From NCBI GenBank assembly GCA_051362555.1, contig CM120640.1:55592788-55656787 (forward strand): a stretch of 64,000 nucleotides of DNA, given 5' to 3'. The stretch comes from Lingula anatina. Taxonomy: Eukaryota; Animalia; Brachiopoda. The position numbers and the translations under genes are program-made. Within the stretch, counting starts at the first letter, position 1, and every line of letters begins with the position of its first letter. The notes beneath the pieces are model-generated. The model had not been told where the DNA came from, made no database searches, and saw only the letters and a list, made by a program, of their open reading frames with translations. This document shows, one piece after another, positions 51,401 to 58,562 of this stretch.

Positions 51401-54400
51401 TGACATGGAATTGAAGCCCATACACTTGTGATCAACTATGCCAATTTTCATGATAAAATCTTGTTCAGGGATAAATTAACACCCCATACCGATTGCTATA
51501 TCACCTCAAAATAAAAAGGTGTTAAATTGAGGATAAAAGCCTTGAGTTGCCTATGCTTATACAAAACAACTAGAACTATAAATGCTAATATTTTATATTT
51601 CTGAGTGGATTTTTTCTGTTTTATATCAGCACAAAGGTAGAGGTATTACTGAATAATTAGATATAGGAAAAATCTCATTTTCGGTATCTTGACGGATATA
51701 AACCCTTATGACCTATGTTGTAATACTGATGGTTTATAACGTACCCCATACTCAATATTTGTTTATATTATCAAAGTTCAAAATGTTGCATTTCTTTGTG
51801 ACAAAACACCACAGTATCCCAATTCAGACTAGCAAGTAAATTGCAAAAGTAAAATAAACCTACCTTTTTCACACTATAGTAAAAGTAATAATGACAAAAA
51901 ATTGGTCCTTGTCATATGCACATTTTTATGAGTAAGGTAGAAAGAATACACGTTTTTGATGTACTTAAGAAAAGTAATGTATTTACTTCCTAAAAATATC
52001 AAAAAAGCAAAAAAAAAAAAAACATCGTACAACGAGAAGGGCCAGCAGGTGTAACTTATTTCTACACATTTTACTGAAACACAGTACACATAAATTATCG
52101 AAAAAATAAAAGCCTTGAAGAAATATGATCAGTTGTCTACAGCCATTTCAACGTCGAGTAATACAGCTATCTTTATTACACTAGTTTGAGAGATTGACAT
52201 CTTGATAGATTGTCTGTTATGTAAAGGCAGCTCCTACTGTATTTACATTAAAAAGGTAAATTGTTATAGAATCAGGCTGGTGTGAACTTTGTAAGTGATG
52301 CATTTTAGTTTCCAAACATCTCTGTTACTAAAGAAAATGAAGCAAGGATGCAATTTCAGTTTGATAGAAAGTGGAATGTGAAGAATGACTTTCAAGTCGA
52401 CCAGATATATAGCCTAGAAACCTTTTTGCTGCATTTCAAAAAATACAATTACATGTGCGTTTTTTATTTTGTTTTATAGGATGTCTCATGTTTTATAATT
52501 CTGGGTTAAGCATTCTCTTAGGTGCTTTTTTGTTTGTTTGTTTGTTTGTTTTAAACAAAGACAGAAGTATTTAATTTTTTTTTGTTTGTTGCTTGCCCCA
52601 ATTTATTCTTCAGTGATTTTTTTCAAAGAACATTCGTTATTTTTCATTTGTTATAGAATTGAAAGTGCTGAATGTTCTTTGCTCACTGGCAGTTATAGAT
52701 ATGCTTGAAGGCACTTTTACCCCATTCACACTACGCTCAGTTATCCGGATAAGTTGTGAATTAGGTCACAATTCAAATAAATGCAGTAGTGTGAACGCAA
52801 GGGGATTTCTGTAATGCGAATTTTCAAAATCCTGCAAGCGAGGTGGATTTCTAAGCACGATTTGAATAACTTACCAGAATCGACACCTGTACAGATCTTA
52901 CTGCGCATGTGTGCAGATAAGTTAATTACTTTAACGATTGCACCAAACGTATTTGGAGGTCACCACTCACTACAACATGAGGAAACAAACTTATTTTGCC
53001 ATCTTATACTTCTCAAGAATGCTGGAATGTCTTTTGAGTTGCATTTGTCGTCACAAATTTTGTTGGTATTTTAAGATTTCCTGTGCGGTGCATGCGCGAG
53101 TGATCAATACAGGAAGTTAAACCTGAAATTTTCAAGGTGTGATTCGGTTTCGCTTCGCGTGTGTGAACGCAATACCGAATCACTTTATAGAAATGCGCAT
53201 TTTTGCAACTGTAGTGTGAATGGGGTATTTATCTTATTCAAACAAATCTCTTCATGTACAGTTTTCACAAGCAAGTTTAAATATATATAAGTTTTTATTC
53301 CTGATGAACAATTATTACAAATAAACAATTTTGCTGTTAGCCTAAAAGTATCTTTAAGGAATAATGCCAATTATTTACATAACTTAACCATCAGGGCCCA
53401 GTTTCATCAACACTGGATAATACTATCCATTGGATAAAATTGTTATCCTGAGGACAGCAGCCTTAACTTTTTATATACAGACACTCTAAGAGTCTGTATA
53501 TATTCTGATTGGTGTGTCTGTCCGTGTCGTCACCGGCACTGTCACTGTACGACCCGGGAGGGGGGGGGGGGAATGTAACAGTTACAACACAAGGCCAGTG
53601 ATTAGGGGCAATTGACCTGGATTTTCATTCCAGGTGAAATGACCCTAGTCATTTACTCCCTGTTGATGGTGACTGACAGTCACAGAAATATTGGAGGTAA
53701 TACCCACATATTTTATAAGCTCTTGATAAAAAGAAAAACAATAATTTATAGCATTGTTGAATATTTTGTTCTTTTGGCAGATCAGTTGATCTCGCTGATT
53801 AAAACGAAATAGAAAGACATCTGTATTAATTTTCAGGATGCTCGCCTACGCTTCCAGAACCTGGTGGCAAATGCTACAGTGAAAAATGCAGTAACAGGGA
53901 TATTGAGGAGAGCTTCCTTGGAGAGACACATGTTGGAGGGCACAGTTGGTAGCAGTGATTGTGGGCAGCAAGGGAATAAAGAAGAACAGTTAAAGTGTGT
54001 ATCTGAATGGCATGCTTGTGATTTATCATTTGATGTTGCAGTTTTAAAGACCATAACAAGTTAATGCAGAAAGTATATCTGTGAAATTGTATAACAATTT
54101 ACTTGGTTTAATACTGTGTAAATGAAAGTTGTATTGTCTTTGTAGAGAAACAAATGATGATGTTCCAAATAGCTCTGAAAGTCCTAGTCACACCCAGGAG
54201 CTGGAAGAACCTGAAGATAATGTTGAAAGGGAAGAGGAACCTGAAGAGTATGTTGCATTTTATCATAACTTATAAGAATTAAAATAGACCATGGACATAT
54301 TTTGATCCATGTCCATGATATATTCAAATGTTTTTAAAAATATGTCTAACCAATTATAAGGCTTACTTATTTGTGAGAATTAACTTTTTGTGGAAGTTAT

Positions 54401-55451
54401 TTTTATTGGATTGACTCCAAATGTGTCAATTGTCAGTTGATTTTTTAACTTTTGTTTTTGTGGACATACTGTATTTATGCAGCCTTTTAAAGGGGAGTTC
54501 CCCATAGACAGGTGCACAGCTTTGAGTAAAAACAATTTTCTTGGAGTCTACTTGACCTATAAAAGGCAAATGGACTTTATTTGAAATTTCTCCTGGAAAT
54601 ATGGGTTGTGTTAAGGAGGAAGGTAGTTAAGGCATATCAAACATGAATAATATGATGGATCTTACTAGCCATCATAGGAGCTGGTTGATTATACTATATA
54701 TTTGTGTCTTTGTATTTTACTGAACCAAACATTTGGCTCATTTAGGTTACAGGAAGGACAAATAGGTATGGCTGTACCAGAACCCAAGAACAGTGGGGCT
54801 TTAAAGATGTATGCAAAACATGCAGTTTTCAAGTTAAGACAATTACCGTTCCGCAACATTGGGTAAGACAAAGTTGTTGTTTATTAAGGGTCCTTTGATA
54901 GCATTCCTTTGATCCAAATAAAAAATTAAAAAAGTTGGCCCATTGTTAAATTTTGTAATTTGAGGCAGTAATTTCAATTTGCTTAAAGAGCTTGCATAAG
55001 AAAGGTGCAGATGTTTTGTGTTATATAGTCTGATATTTGATATACCTTGTAACAACTTTTTTAAAAAGAAAACGAGAGTTAAATATCAGTACCAGATTGC
55101 ACAAATTCTTACCAAAAAATCTTAGACTATGTAAAACAATTTTGGGATGTGACATCTTTGATTTGCTTTTTTTTTTTTTTTTCAAGCTTCAGTACATTAA
55201 GAGGAGTATCCTTTGTAAAAGATACGGTAGTAGAGAACATGTGGAATCGTTGGCCACATCAGGAGTCCTCTTTTAAGACTTTTAGGATGGCAGTGACAGG
55301 ACTGGTTTTATTCATGGCACTTCTCAGTATCATTTTTACATTGCTTCCTTCATACACAACTGCCGACAGAGGGAGAGAAGTGTACACATCGCTAGAAGAA
55401 TTGTTAAGACCATATATGGGTCTCAGGCACCATTTCAGACCACCAATATAA
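5549..55451 (+). CDS. IRAG2: IRAG/LRMP (MRVI1/Jaw1) family KASH-domain protein; 23 predicted exons: 5549-5623, 10214-10318, 12227-12317, 13757-14393, 15055-15171, 17002-17104, 17958-18114, 22785-22882, 26910-27038, 32208-32449, 32804-32837, 35101-35241, 35402-35533, 36482-36579, 36746-36798, 36964-37001, 37470-37553, 39474-39569, 39991-40026, 53837-53994, 54146-54247, 54746-54862, 55187-55451; 5' end unresolved
   Basis: All exons are AG/GT bounded with compatible phases, total 3108 nt. Spliced DKELE|AKFNQLALAFKTD...[34 protein letters not shown] matches the MRVI1/LRMP coiled coil as I recall it (EKEVENVFVQLSLAFRND...[30 protein letters not shown]). The C-terminus is a TM helix plus ...SLEELLRPYMGLRHHFRPPI*, like LRMP SLEHILWPFTRLRHNGPPPV. 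The symbol is a family-level call; the gene is probably co-orthologous to vertebrate IRAG1 and IRAG2. Confidence 0.88.
7367..9861. mobile_element. Tc1/mariner/pogo-type non-autonomous TIR element with TA TSD, carrying a nested LTR element
   Basis: TA|CGGTAATGTGCCATGAATTTC ... GAAATTCATGGCACATTACCG|TA, a perfect 21-bp TIR. Confidence 0.8.
8473..9471 (-). mobile_element. Internally deleted LTR retrotransposon (Gypsy-like): full 550-bp LTR 8473-9022, PPT, short internal remnant, partial second LTR 9287-9471
   Basis: TG...CA termini, TACC 4-bp TSD, ~185-bp apparently identical direct repeat (8838-9022 = 9287-9471), minus-strand polypurine tract GGAAAAAATGGAAGGAATA abutting the LTR. Confidence 0.82.
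9864..10076. mobile_element. CACTA/EnSpm-like terminal fragment with TTGCWGCAA subterminal repeats
   Basis: Repeated (T)TGCTGCAAA/TTTGCAGCA motifs ending GCTAAGGG (CCCTTAGC on the minus strand). Confidence 0.5.
10214..10318 (+). CDS. Exon AQLPVGVEAVKNQACQDIQKLRNQLKKTKGILACV (phase 0/0)
   Basis: aattttag acceptor, gtaatt donor, coiled-coil-like content. Confidence 0.65.
11171..11511. mobile_element. MITE with inverted subterminal CTGCTATTCTGAAG repeats
   Basis: Left arm ctgctattctgaag repeats vs right arm ttcagaatagcag repeats; imperfect terminal IR. Confidence 0.6.
11540..12183 (+). mobile_element. HINE family B, diverged 3' portion
   Basis: Ends tgtctgtacatttgacagctttgctgccttgttt like 42204. 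Confidence 0.65.
12227..12317 (+). CDS. Exon KSKTFLQPGLTTTVQLESTSETDVQTSQLI(D) (phase 0/1)
   Basis: ttttaatacag acceptor, gtaggt donor; phase fits the next exon. Confidence 0.65.
12361..13188. mobile_element. Foldback MITE with ~350-bp arms and internal 21-bp tandem repeats, TA flanks
   Basis: TGGGCGGCCAAAAGGGCAAAAATTCATGT... vs ...ACATGAATTTTTGCCCTTTTGGCTGCCCA; (tattctcgtcgatcgtctaac)n in both arms. Confidence 0.85.
13757..14393 (+). CDS. Large 637-nt exon, low-complexity S/E/K-rich region (phase 1/2)
   Basis: tttcag acceptor, gtgagt donor; contains ORF 13846..14397 in frame. Confidence 0.75.
15055..15171 (+). CDS. Exon RPLLHSSSRLSALMEEELSDTEADSTPVKMEPSGSSLPG (phase 2/2)
   Basis: ttttttcag / gtaagt. 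Confidence 0.8.
15811..16540. mobile_element. PIF/Harbinger-like MITE
   Basis: GCCCCCGTTTCACAAAGAA / TTTTTTGTGAAATGGGGGC TIR, CAG 3-bp TSD, internal second copy of TTTCACAAAGAATCT in each arm. Confidence 0.78.
17002..17104 (+). CDS. Exon PSRLGSSDGDLSSARRKRLAMKDREKRETLGSSM (phase 2/0; alternative in-frame acceptor at 17011)
   Basis: ttttgaag / gtgagc; phase fits both neighbours. Confidence 0.7.
17958..18114 (+). CDS. Exon EDKTFKLVNG...SLRRRRSSDPDRK (phase 0/1)
   Basis: ccttcag / gtaagt. Confidence 0.8.
18901..18943. repeat. (CT)n microsatellite
   Basis: About 20 CT units. Confidence 0.95.
19137..22394 (+). CDS. LINE ORF2: partial APE endonuclease + reverse transcriptase + C-terminal Cys/His zinc-binding region (1085 codons; the TTG start lies in the TSD and is not a real start)
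   Basis: APE motifs MGDFNAR, VDY, SDH; RT motifs KAPGAD, NYRGL, FIDFKKAFDSV, GIRQGDNLSPTLF, LYADD, YLG; C-terminal CKAC...EDEKHFLTEC. Confidence 0.95.
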   Translation: MKGRPSGGIVIYYRKQFSGALHVMSSKSENTLWIRLPGQCFGLQKDLFVCAVYIKPKNGRFDEATFDILEEEIAQYQSDGMICLMGDFNARTGTLPDYIKNDNTHGIPVPGSHPTDMLTPARNNLDSIINSQGRTLVELCISSNLRILNGRVLGNSLGYYTCYNQNGCSAVDYAVLSDKLVDSVKYFTVHPIDYISDHCLLDLTIASKGFKESPKIIPLQKFKDQYIWGNDSADKFLCELESEKNIEAICEFQTTTFPTTKEGVNKACQSFNKILDSAASASLRTKRMSKKNSNPRKGNKKQPWFDNQCIEVKRNVKHLGRLLHKNPNNHFISHTYHQACKKYKQLLKKKKQEHKDNLLEKLLNIEEKNPKEFWQIIKKLKKEEDQNNLIAPDVWHNYFQQLCGIPPPGDNDIDDELKKYEDCPGNPKLDDPITILEVQKALRKLKNGKAPGADSIRNEMLKTGRPYLTGAMTKIFNLVLNSGEIPDAWNLGIVIPLYKSGECLDPSNYRGLCITSCLGKLFNSILANRLTDLIEKEGKLSEEQGGFRPSYRTTDHIFTLKSIINRYTNQNRKVYACFIDFKKAFDSVWHKGLLLKLQKLGIGGKFYNLIKHMYKNTKLGISTGNSYTKPFFAKIGIRQGDNLSPTLFNIFIDDIKESFHTCKATDKVDGINHILYADDLVLLSRTKDGLQNLLNKLEQYCQKWKLHINTKKTKIMVFRKKGKLDHQTKFYINDEPIEEVKQYPYLGIVFSNTGSLKEAIENLKKKALKALFSLKGALASQNISKPLLCMNLFDKLIKPILLYGSEVWSQEILKQKNMSLKKINKMPFEQVHLKFCKWILGLRKQASNTMSRAELGRYPIFPTIAKLVQRYSLRLEQLPDNRIVKQVYNLEQDTKGNTWTESIQSFHNCWGFSEDNNPPKKLHQIENLVEKLNIKIEKLFWQELNSSTSNKLRTYKTIKKSYECENYIKMSVSPLDIKTLAKIRLSDHDLAIERGRYTNPKTPLDERKCKACNCVEDEKHFLTECTRYTVERQRMHDELLKISVVGLDDSDQILSILLNPPCHKSLKVIAEFVKTAVKIHSSPEI
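19140..22603 (+). mobile_element. 5'-truncated non-LTR retrotransposon (RTEX-like by motif recall), recent insertion
   Basis: TSD TTATAAATTG at 19130-19139 and 22604-22613; AATAAA 22588-22593 followed by a (TTA)n tail; uninterrupted ORF2. Confidence 0.92.
22785..22882 (+). CDS. Exon LHPARVPQVIHSSSSSTQRADKPVGRDRSPEQ (phase 1/0)
   Basis: gttgcag / gtaaac. Confidence 0.75.
23290..23958. mobile_element. Kolobok-like non-autonomous TIR element
   Basis: TATTGTAACCCTT / AAGGGTTACAATA TIR with TTAA on both flanks; a related inverted copy lies at about 51150-51700. Confidence 0.55.
24334..26190 (+). mobile_element. HINE family A copy 1 (about three 146-bp units; nested Harbinger-like MITE)
   Basis: 5' subTIR TTGTACTACCAG with adjacent IR; 3' subTIR + hairpin + CTAGTT. 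Confidence 0.8.
24941..25166. mobile_element. Harbinger-like MITE inserted in HINE A copy 1
   Basis: Absent from copies 2 and 3 at the homologous ctcTAAtt site; TAA TSD; AGATTT..TAGATCGATCTA inverted arms. Confidence 0.75.
26910..27038 (+). CDS. Exon GSEHKPNIQSDQ...VSDTNVPKRE (phase 0/0)
   Basis: atgcag / gtaaga. Confidence 0.75.
28516..31000 (+). mobile_element. HINE family A copy 2 (about eight 146-bp units, ~29478-30650)
   Basis: TTGTACCACCAG ... CTGGTGGTACAA subTIRs, GAGGCGGTATCGCCTC hairpin. Confidence 0.82.
32208..32449 (+). CDS. Exon SSPRRFLLHPSMPAVPE...PDSVLKKFGLLAFSSKGKKGEG (phase 0/2)
   Basis: tttgcag / gtaagc; ORF 32202..32453. Confidence 0.85.
32804..32837 (+). CDS. 34-nt exon KNNEATDKELE, start of the MRVI1 domain
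   Basis: tttag / gtaagt; DKELE corresponds to IRAG EKEVE. Confidence 0.85.
33095..35005. mobile_element. Tc1/mariner/pogo-type non-autonomous TIR element inside a (TA)n microsatellite
   Basis: CCGTAATGTGCCAAGCATTTCGAC vs reverse complement CAGTAATATGCCAAACAATTCGAC; (TA)n on both sides (33071-33094, 35006-35067). Confidence 0.8.
35101..35241 (+). CDS. MRVI1-domain exon AKFNQLALAFKTDKTTVEKRLELQEHIRSVAEDSILNEIGDMKNSIE
   Basis: atgtag / gtaaaa; FxQLxLAFxxD family motif. Confidence 0.9.
35402..35533 (+). CDS. MRVI1-domain exon [44 protein letters not shown]
   Basis: tttgcag / gtaact; AExxGAVxQ family motif. Confidence 0.9.
36482..36579 (+). CDS. MRVI1-domain exon [33 protein letters not shown]
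   Basis: ttccag / gtacac; ExRxSKA...QYVENLKR motif. Confidence 0.92.
36746..37553 (+). CDS. Three small exons: 36746-36798 (RILKDNKIMCPSLSSDL), 36964-37001 (DSVLLRRTTTLK), 37470-37553 (FTPPTHRTKSLPSS...DKKE)
   Basis: AG/GT boundaries; phases 2/1, 1/0, 0/0 chain correctly. Confidence 0.7.
38681..38959. mobile_element. Palindromic MITE with ~110-bp arms
   Basis: CATTCAGAGTGGGTGATCTGAGTA...GATCCGCTGACTAAATATGGCC mirrored by GGCCATATTTAGTCAGCGGATC...TCTGAATG. Confidence 0.82.
39474..39569 (+). CDS. Exon VNGPNARRRASVAALPRMLGGTGGVGFSASSP
   Basis: poly-T tract + tag / gtaagt; resembles IRAG1 RRRVSVA and LRMP RRVTIASLPR as recalled. Confidence 0.88.
39991..40026 (+). CDS. 36-nt exon LEEKLVVDPNNE (phase 0/0)
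   Basis: ttttttcaag / gtaagg. Confidence 0.65.
40404..42204 (+). mobile_element. HINE family B, complete copy with three 159-bp internal repeats
   Basis: 5' TTTTATGTACAGACAC-AGAT-GTGTCTGTACATA hairpin, (GTCGCC)n, repeats at 40575/40734/40893, 3' TGTCTGTACAT subTIR + GACAGCTTTGCTGCC hairpin, T-rich flanks, no TSD. Confidence 0.82.
43251..44583 (-). pseudogene. 5'-truncated CR1/L2-group LINE RT with one in-frame nonsense codon
   Basis: RPISLT, DYTKAFD, GVPQGTKLGP, YVDD, FLG motifs; ORFs 44284..44613 and 43393..44250 are in the same frame, split by TGA at 44284-44286 where W is expected (SN*IYSFLTERKQ); AATAAA + (TTA)n tail near 43251-43275. Confidence 0.9.
44584..44836. mobile_element. MITE abutting the truncated LINE 5' end
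   Basis: GGTAAAGGTGGGGTAAACAG / CTGTTTATCCCACCTTTACC TIR; followed by a 59-bp tandem duplication (44836-44952). Confidence 0.7.
45664..46191 (+). mobile_element. Partial second copy (right end) of the 33095..35005 element
   Basis: Closely matches 34455..35005 including the TIR GTCGAATTGTTTGGCATATTACCG|TA; the duplicated 75-aa ORFs at 34735 and 45921 reflect this. Confidence 0.85.
47024..49947 (+). mobile_element. HINE family A copy 3 (best preserved; about twelve 146-bp units)
   Basis: TTGTACCACCAGCG-TTAG-CGCTGGCGGTAC hairpin, (CCGCCGGCT)n microsatellite, 3' GCTGGTGGTACAA + hairpin + CTAGTT; inserted in a T run without TSD. Confidence 0.85.
48023..49740. repeat. 146-bp tandem satellite array
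   Basis: atctccaaaactggc anchors at 48034, 48180, 48326 and onward, period 146. Confidence 0.95.
52720..53225. mobile_element. MITE
   Basis: CCCCATTCACACTAC / GTAGTGTGAATGGGG TIR with TA flanks. Confidence 0.75.
53837..54862 (+). CDS. Three exons: 53837-53994 (DARLRFQ...LRRASLE...EEQLK), 54146-54247 (acidic), 54746-54862 (LQEGQIG...LPFRNIG)
   Basis: AG/GT boundaries; phases 0/2, 2/2, 2/2 lead in frame into the last exon. Confidence 0.8.
55187..55451 (+). CDS. Terminal exon: TM helix (AVTGLVLFMALLSIIFTLL) plus 34-aa luminal KASH peptide ending RHHFRPPI-stop
   Basis: poly-T + caag acceptor; tail-anchor topology; PP + hydrophobic C-terminus. Confidence 0.92.
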
Positions 55452-56024
55452 ACAGGTTGTTAACAGTGAAGTGTTAAATTTGTAACGATGAAAAAAATTA
55501 ATTGCAAATGTTATAGAAATCAATTAATGGTATTTAAATTTCTAACATGAAAATGTTCCTCTTTTATGCATTATGCACTTGTCCACAAGTTAAGGAGAGA
55601 GTAACCACTTTATTTTAGAAAGATAAATCATTTTAAATATCATGGAAGTATTGAATAACCTTTTTAGTATTAATAACATATGTAAGGTTAAGAAACTGCC
55701 TAGAGAATATCATTCTCTACAATCTAGTTATAAAAATGCTGCTAGAGGGTAATATCCTTTGAAACATTTTACTATAACAAACATCTGTATTGTAACATTA
55801 AATTTAGAAAAATTAGCAGTCGTAAGAAATGGAGACAAGTTCGTGTTTTAAAAATATAAATGTTAATGTATCTGAATAGCAATAAGCCATATTTAACAGA
55901 ACTATATCTTATATATTTAACTTTTTATGTATACAGCTGCTGAAAAGTCTTTAAGAGATGGGTTTACAAAACTTTTATTGCAACTATTTATGGTGCTGTG
56001 AAAAAAAGTTACCTGTTATTTGCT

Positions 56025-56030
56025 AATAAA
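56025..56030 (+). terminator. Candidate polyadenylation signal of the IRAG/LRMP gene
   Basis: AATAAA about 575 nt after the stop, followed by a T-rich downstream tract. Confidence 0.4.
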
Positions 56031-56119
56031 TTTTAAAAGTTACTTGAACTGTTTCTTTTTTTTTTTTTTTTTTTGCACTTATGCCTTCAGAAGTTTAGAA
56101 TAATTTCATTTTTCACCCT

Positions 56120-56335
56120 TTTTATGTACACAGATGTATCTGTTCATATAGTTGTTGCCTGTGTTTGGCAGCGTCAGCGCTGAGCACTTTCATTGTTATA
56201 CAAATAAAATGAAAACCATTTTACTTTTTGTCTTCAAACTTCAGAACTGATGAAAATTCATAAAATACAGGTCAAGTTCGAAAATCAGCCTGCTTGGACC
56301 ATTTTTCTAAAAGTTAAGCTGTTTTTTCGCTTTTT
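56120..56335 (+). mobile_element. HINE family B, diverged 5' fragment
   Basis: tttatgtacacagatgtatctgttcatat start and caggtcaagttcgaaaatcagc repeat core. Confidence 0.6.
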
Positions 56336-57195
56336 TTTTTTCATTTTGGTGGTGAAAACTGCTTTACCTTTTCTTCATAAATGAAAACCATTAAACACAA
56401 GCCAAAATACTTTTATACTGTTAGCTTGCAGCCAACCTGGATGTAGGCCTTCATCAGACTGAACTTATTACTAATGAAGTGCCAAAAGTGGGGAAAAAAA
56501 ACTCAAATTTTTGCTGAAATGCATTCTTCAGGCCGAGAGAAGCATTGGTTGTTATTTCCGAGACCTTGAGCATTTTTCAGTATGGCCGTCAATTTATGAG
56601 GAAAAATAGAAAAACGACCAGAAGTCGCCAGGTAAACTTTATTGACAGTTTTTATTTAACGTGTATCCTATCAGGAGAGCACAACAGTACTAATGAATAT
56701 GCTTAATCGCGTTCCACTTAGCAAAAAATCAAAATGGCCGTCATAAAAACATAAGGCAGAAAATAATAAAAGCTGCAGAATCAGTTTGTTTTTTGAATAT
56801 TTAGTTTTATTAAAACCATATGTAATTTAATTTTAGTTTTGTCAAAATATTAACCTTATTATTTTTTTTTTTTCGTTTTTGTTTTTATATTGATCATACC
56901 TTAATATTTTGATTTTTTAGCTTTATCAAATCTTTTAGCATGTACATAAGATTTAGCTTTAAAACTTCCCATTCTTTTTATTGAGCTTGGCACATGTAGA
57001 ATATTTCATCAGTATATAACAGCATTTCTAGTTTTTCTTATTACTGCACTTTTTTCACTTTAGATTTTAAACAAAACATCTTACAATCTTTTGGTTATAT
57101 ACTGACCGCCATTAAAATCTTTGAGGCCATATTTTTCAAAATAATTGTTATTAAACTGGATTATTTTCATATGAATCATTTGTTTAGGACATGAT

Positions 57196-57962
57196 ATACA
57201 GAACCAAAAATCTTAAGTTTCACGGATAGTTTCAAAACAAAAATGGCACCAGCCCAACACAAAGGTACAATGGTCAATAGCCGGTACGATCTCTGCTTGC
57301 TTCGATGGAGGCGCCGATCTGTTGGTGCATGCTCGGGCAATAAATGTGGATGGGATGGTGTCGTGCGGAATCCTATGCCAGCCTTGTAGTGCCTGGATCA
57401 GCTGCTGCCTTGGCCAACGGATGGCCAAGATATATCATACCCAGAGAATAGACAGGCCAGGGTAGGACATCCACCCTTGGGACTCCAGATACACTTGGAT
57501 CATTTGTGCCGAATGTGAATGGGTCTTGTCCTGTTGGGAAACGATCACATCAGTTTTCTGCTGCATGAACGAGGTCATGTGAGGAATCTGATCTATGTAG
57601 TGATGAGCAGTTACTGGTATGTTGCCATCAACGACCACCATTGGTTGACTGCCAGCATGCGGTGACACACAGTGGGGCTGCTGCTCTGGTTGTTGTTCCT
57701 GCCGGGTGCTTCTTGTGCTGTACGACTGGCATGGCGAAATTGGTCCCGCAGCTGATGCAACCTGATGTAGCAATCCTGGTCTGGAGTTGACACTCTCTCG
57801 CCCTGGCTGCGGTATATCGCTAACAGAGCCTGGCATGTTGTGGCATTCAACCAGGTTCCTGATTGTGGGGTGGGAACAGCCCATACATTATAGCTCAAAT
57901 CAGTCTACCCTCACACCCAGTGCCCAGAGATGTATGTTGTTCACATGATAGACATGGCATGA
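57196..57962 (-). pseudogene. Degenerate Tc1 transposase
   Basis: Frameshifted pieces GCSHPTIRNLV..GSVSDIPQPGR / RVSTPDQDCYIRL (paired-like HTH), VVDGN..TAHHYIDQI..QQDKTHSH (QQDNARPH-like), QQLIQALQ.WHRIP; candidate TIR TACAGAACCAAAAATC at ~57197. Confidence 0.8.
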
Positions 57963-58562
57963 TTCCGTTCACTAGACTAACAACATGGGTGGCCTTTTTT
58001 GGGCCTTTATAGGCCTCCAAAACCAATCAACAAAATGTGCAGATGCCCACTGAGTATTGCTCAATGTGTATTTGGTCCATTTTTGCAAAAACAAATAAAA
58101 GCTTTCCCATGTGCAATGAATCATGGCAACATGACAACTTATTATTTTATCTTAACTACCCGAGCACTAAGTCATCAATAAATCCACAATGAATAATTAC
58201 ATCTACCCTACAAGTAGAACAATGCACACATTCCTATCTGAAAGTTTCCATTATCTGTAAGTATATATTGGCAAAAACAACATTTCAAATACATGATGTC
58301 AATGGGTAGCCCTCATATATCCCCGAACTATGTCACATTGTCAAGAATAGCTGACCTCACGGGCCCTAACTGCTGGGTTTGTATACCCCCGCTTGGATCT
58401 TGATTATTTATAATAAAATTCATTATTAAACATCAAAAATGCCTTTACCCATAGGTGTTTAAATATTTTAAAAGTTAAAAAAAAAAGGAAAAGAATAATC
58501 CAACCTGAAGAAAAACGATTTGACGCCTTTTTTATTTCAAAATGATTTAGTTTACACATACC

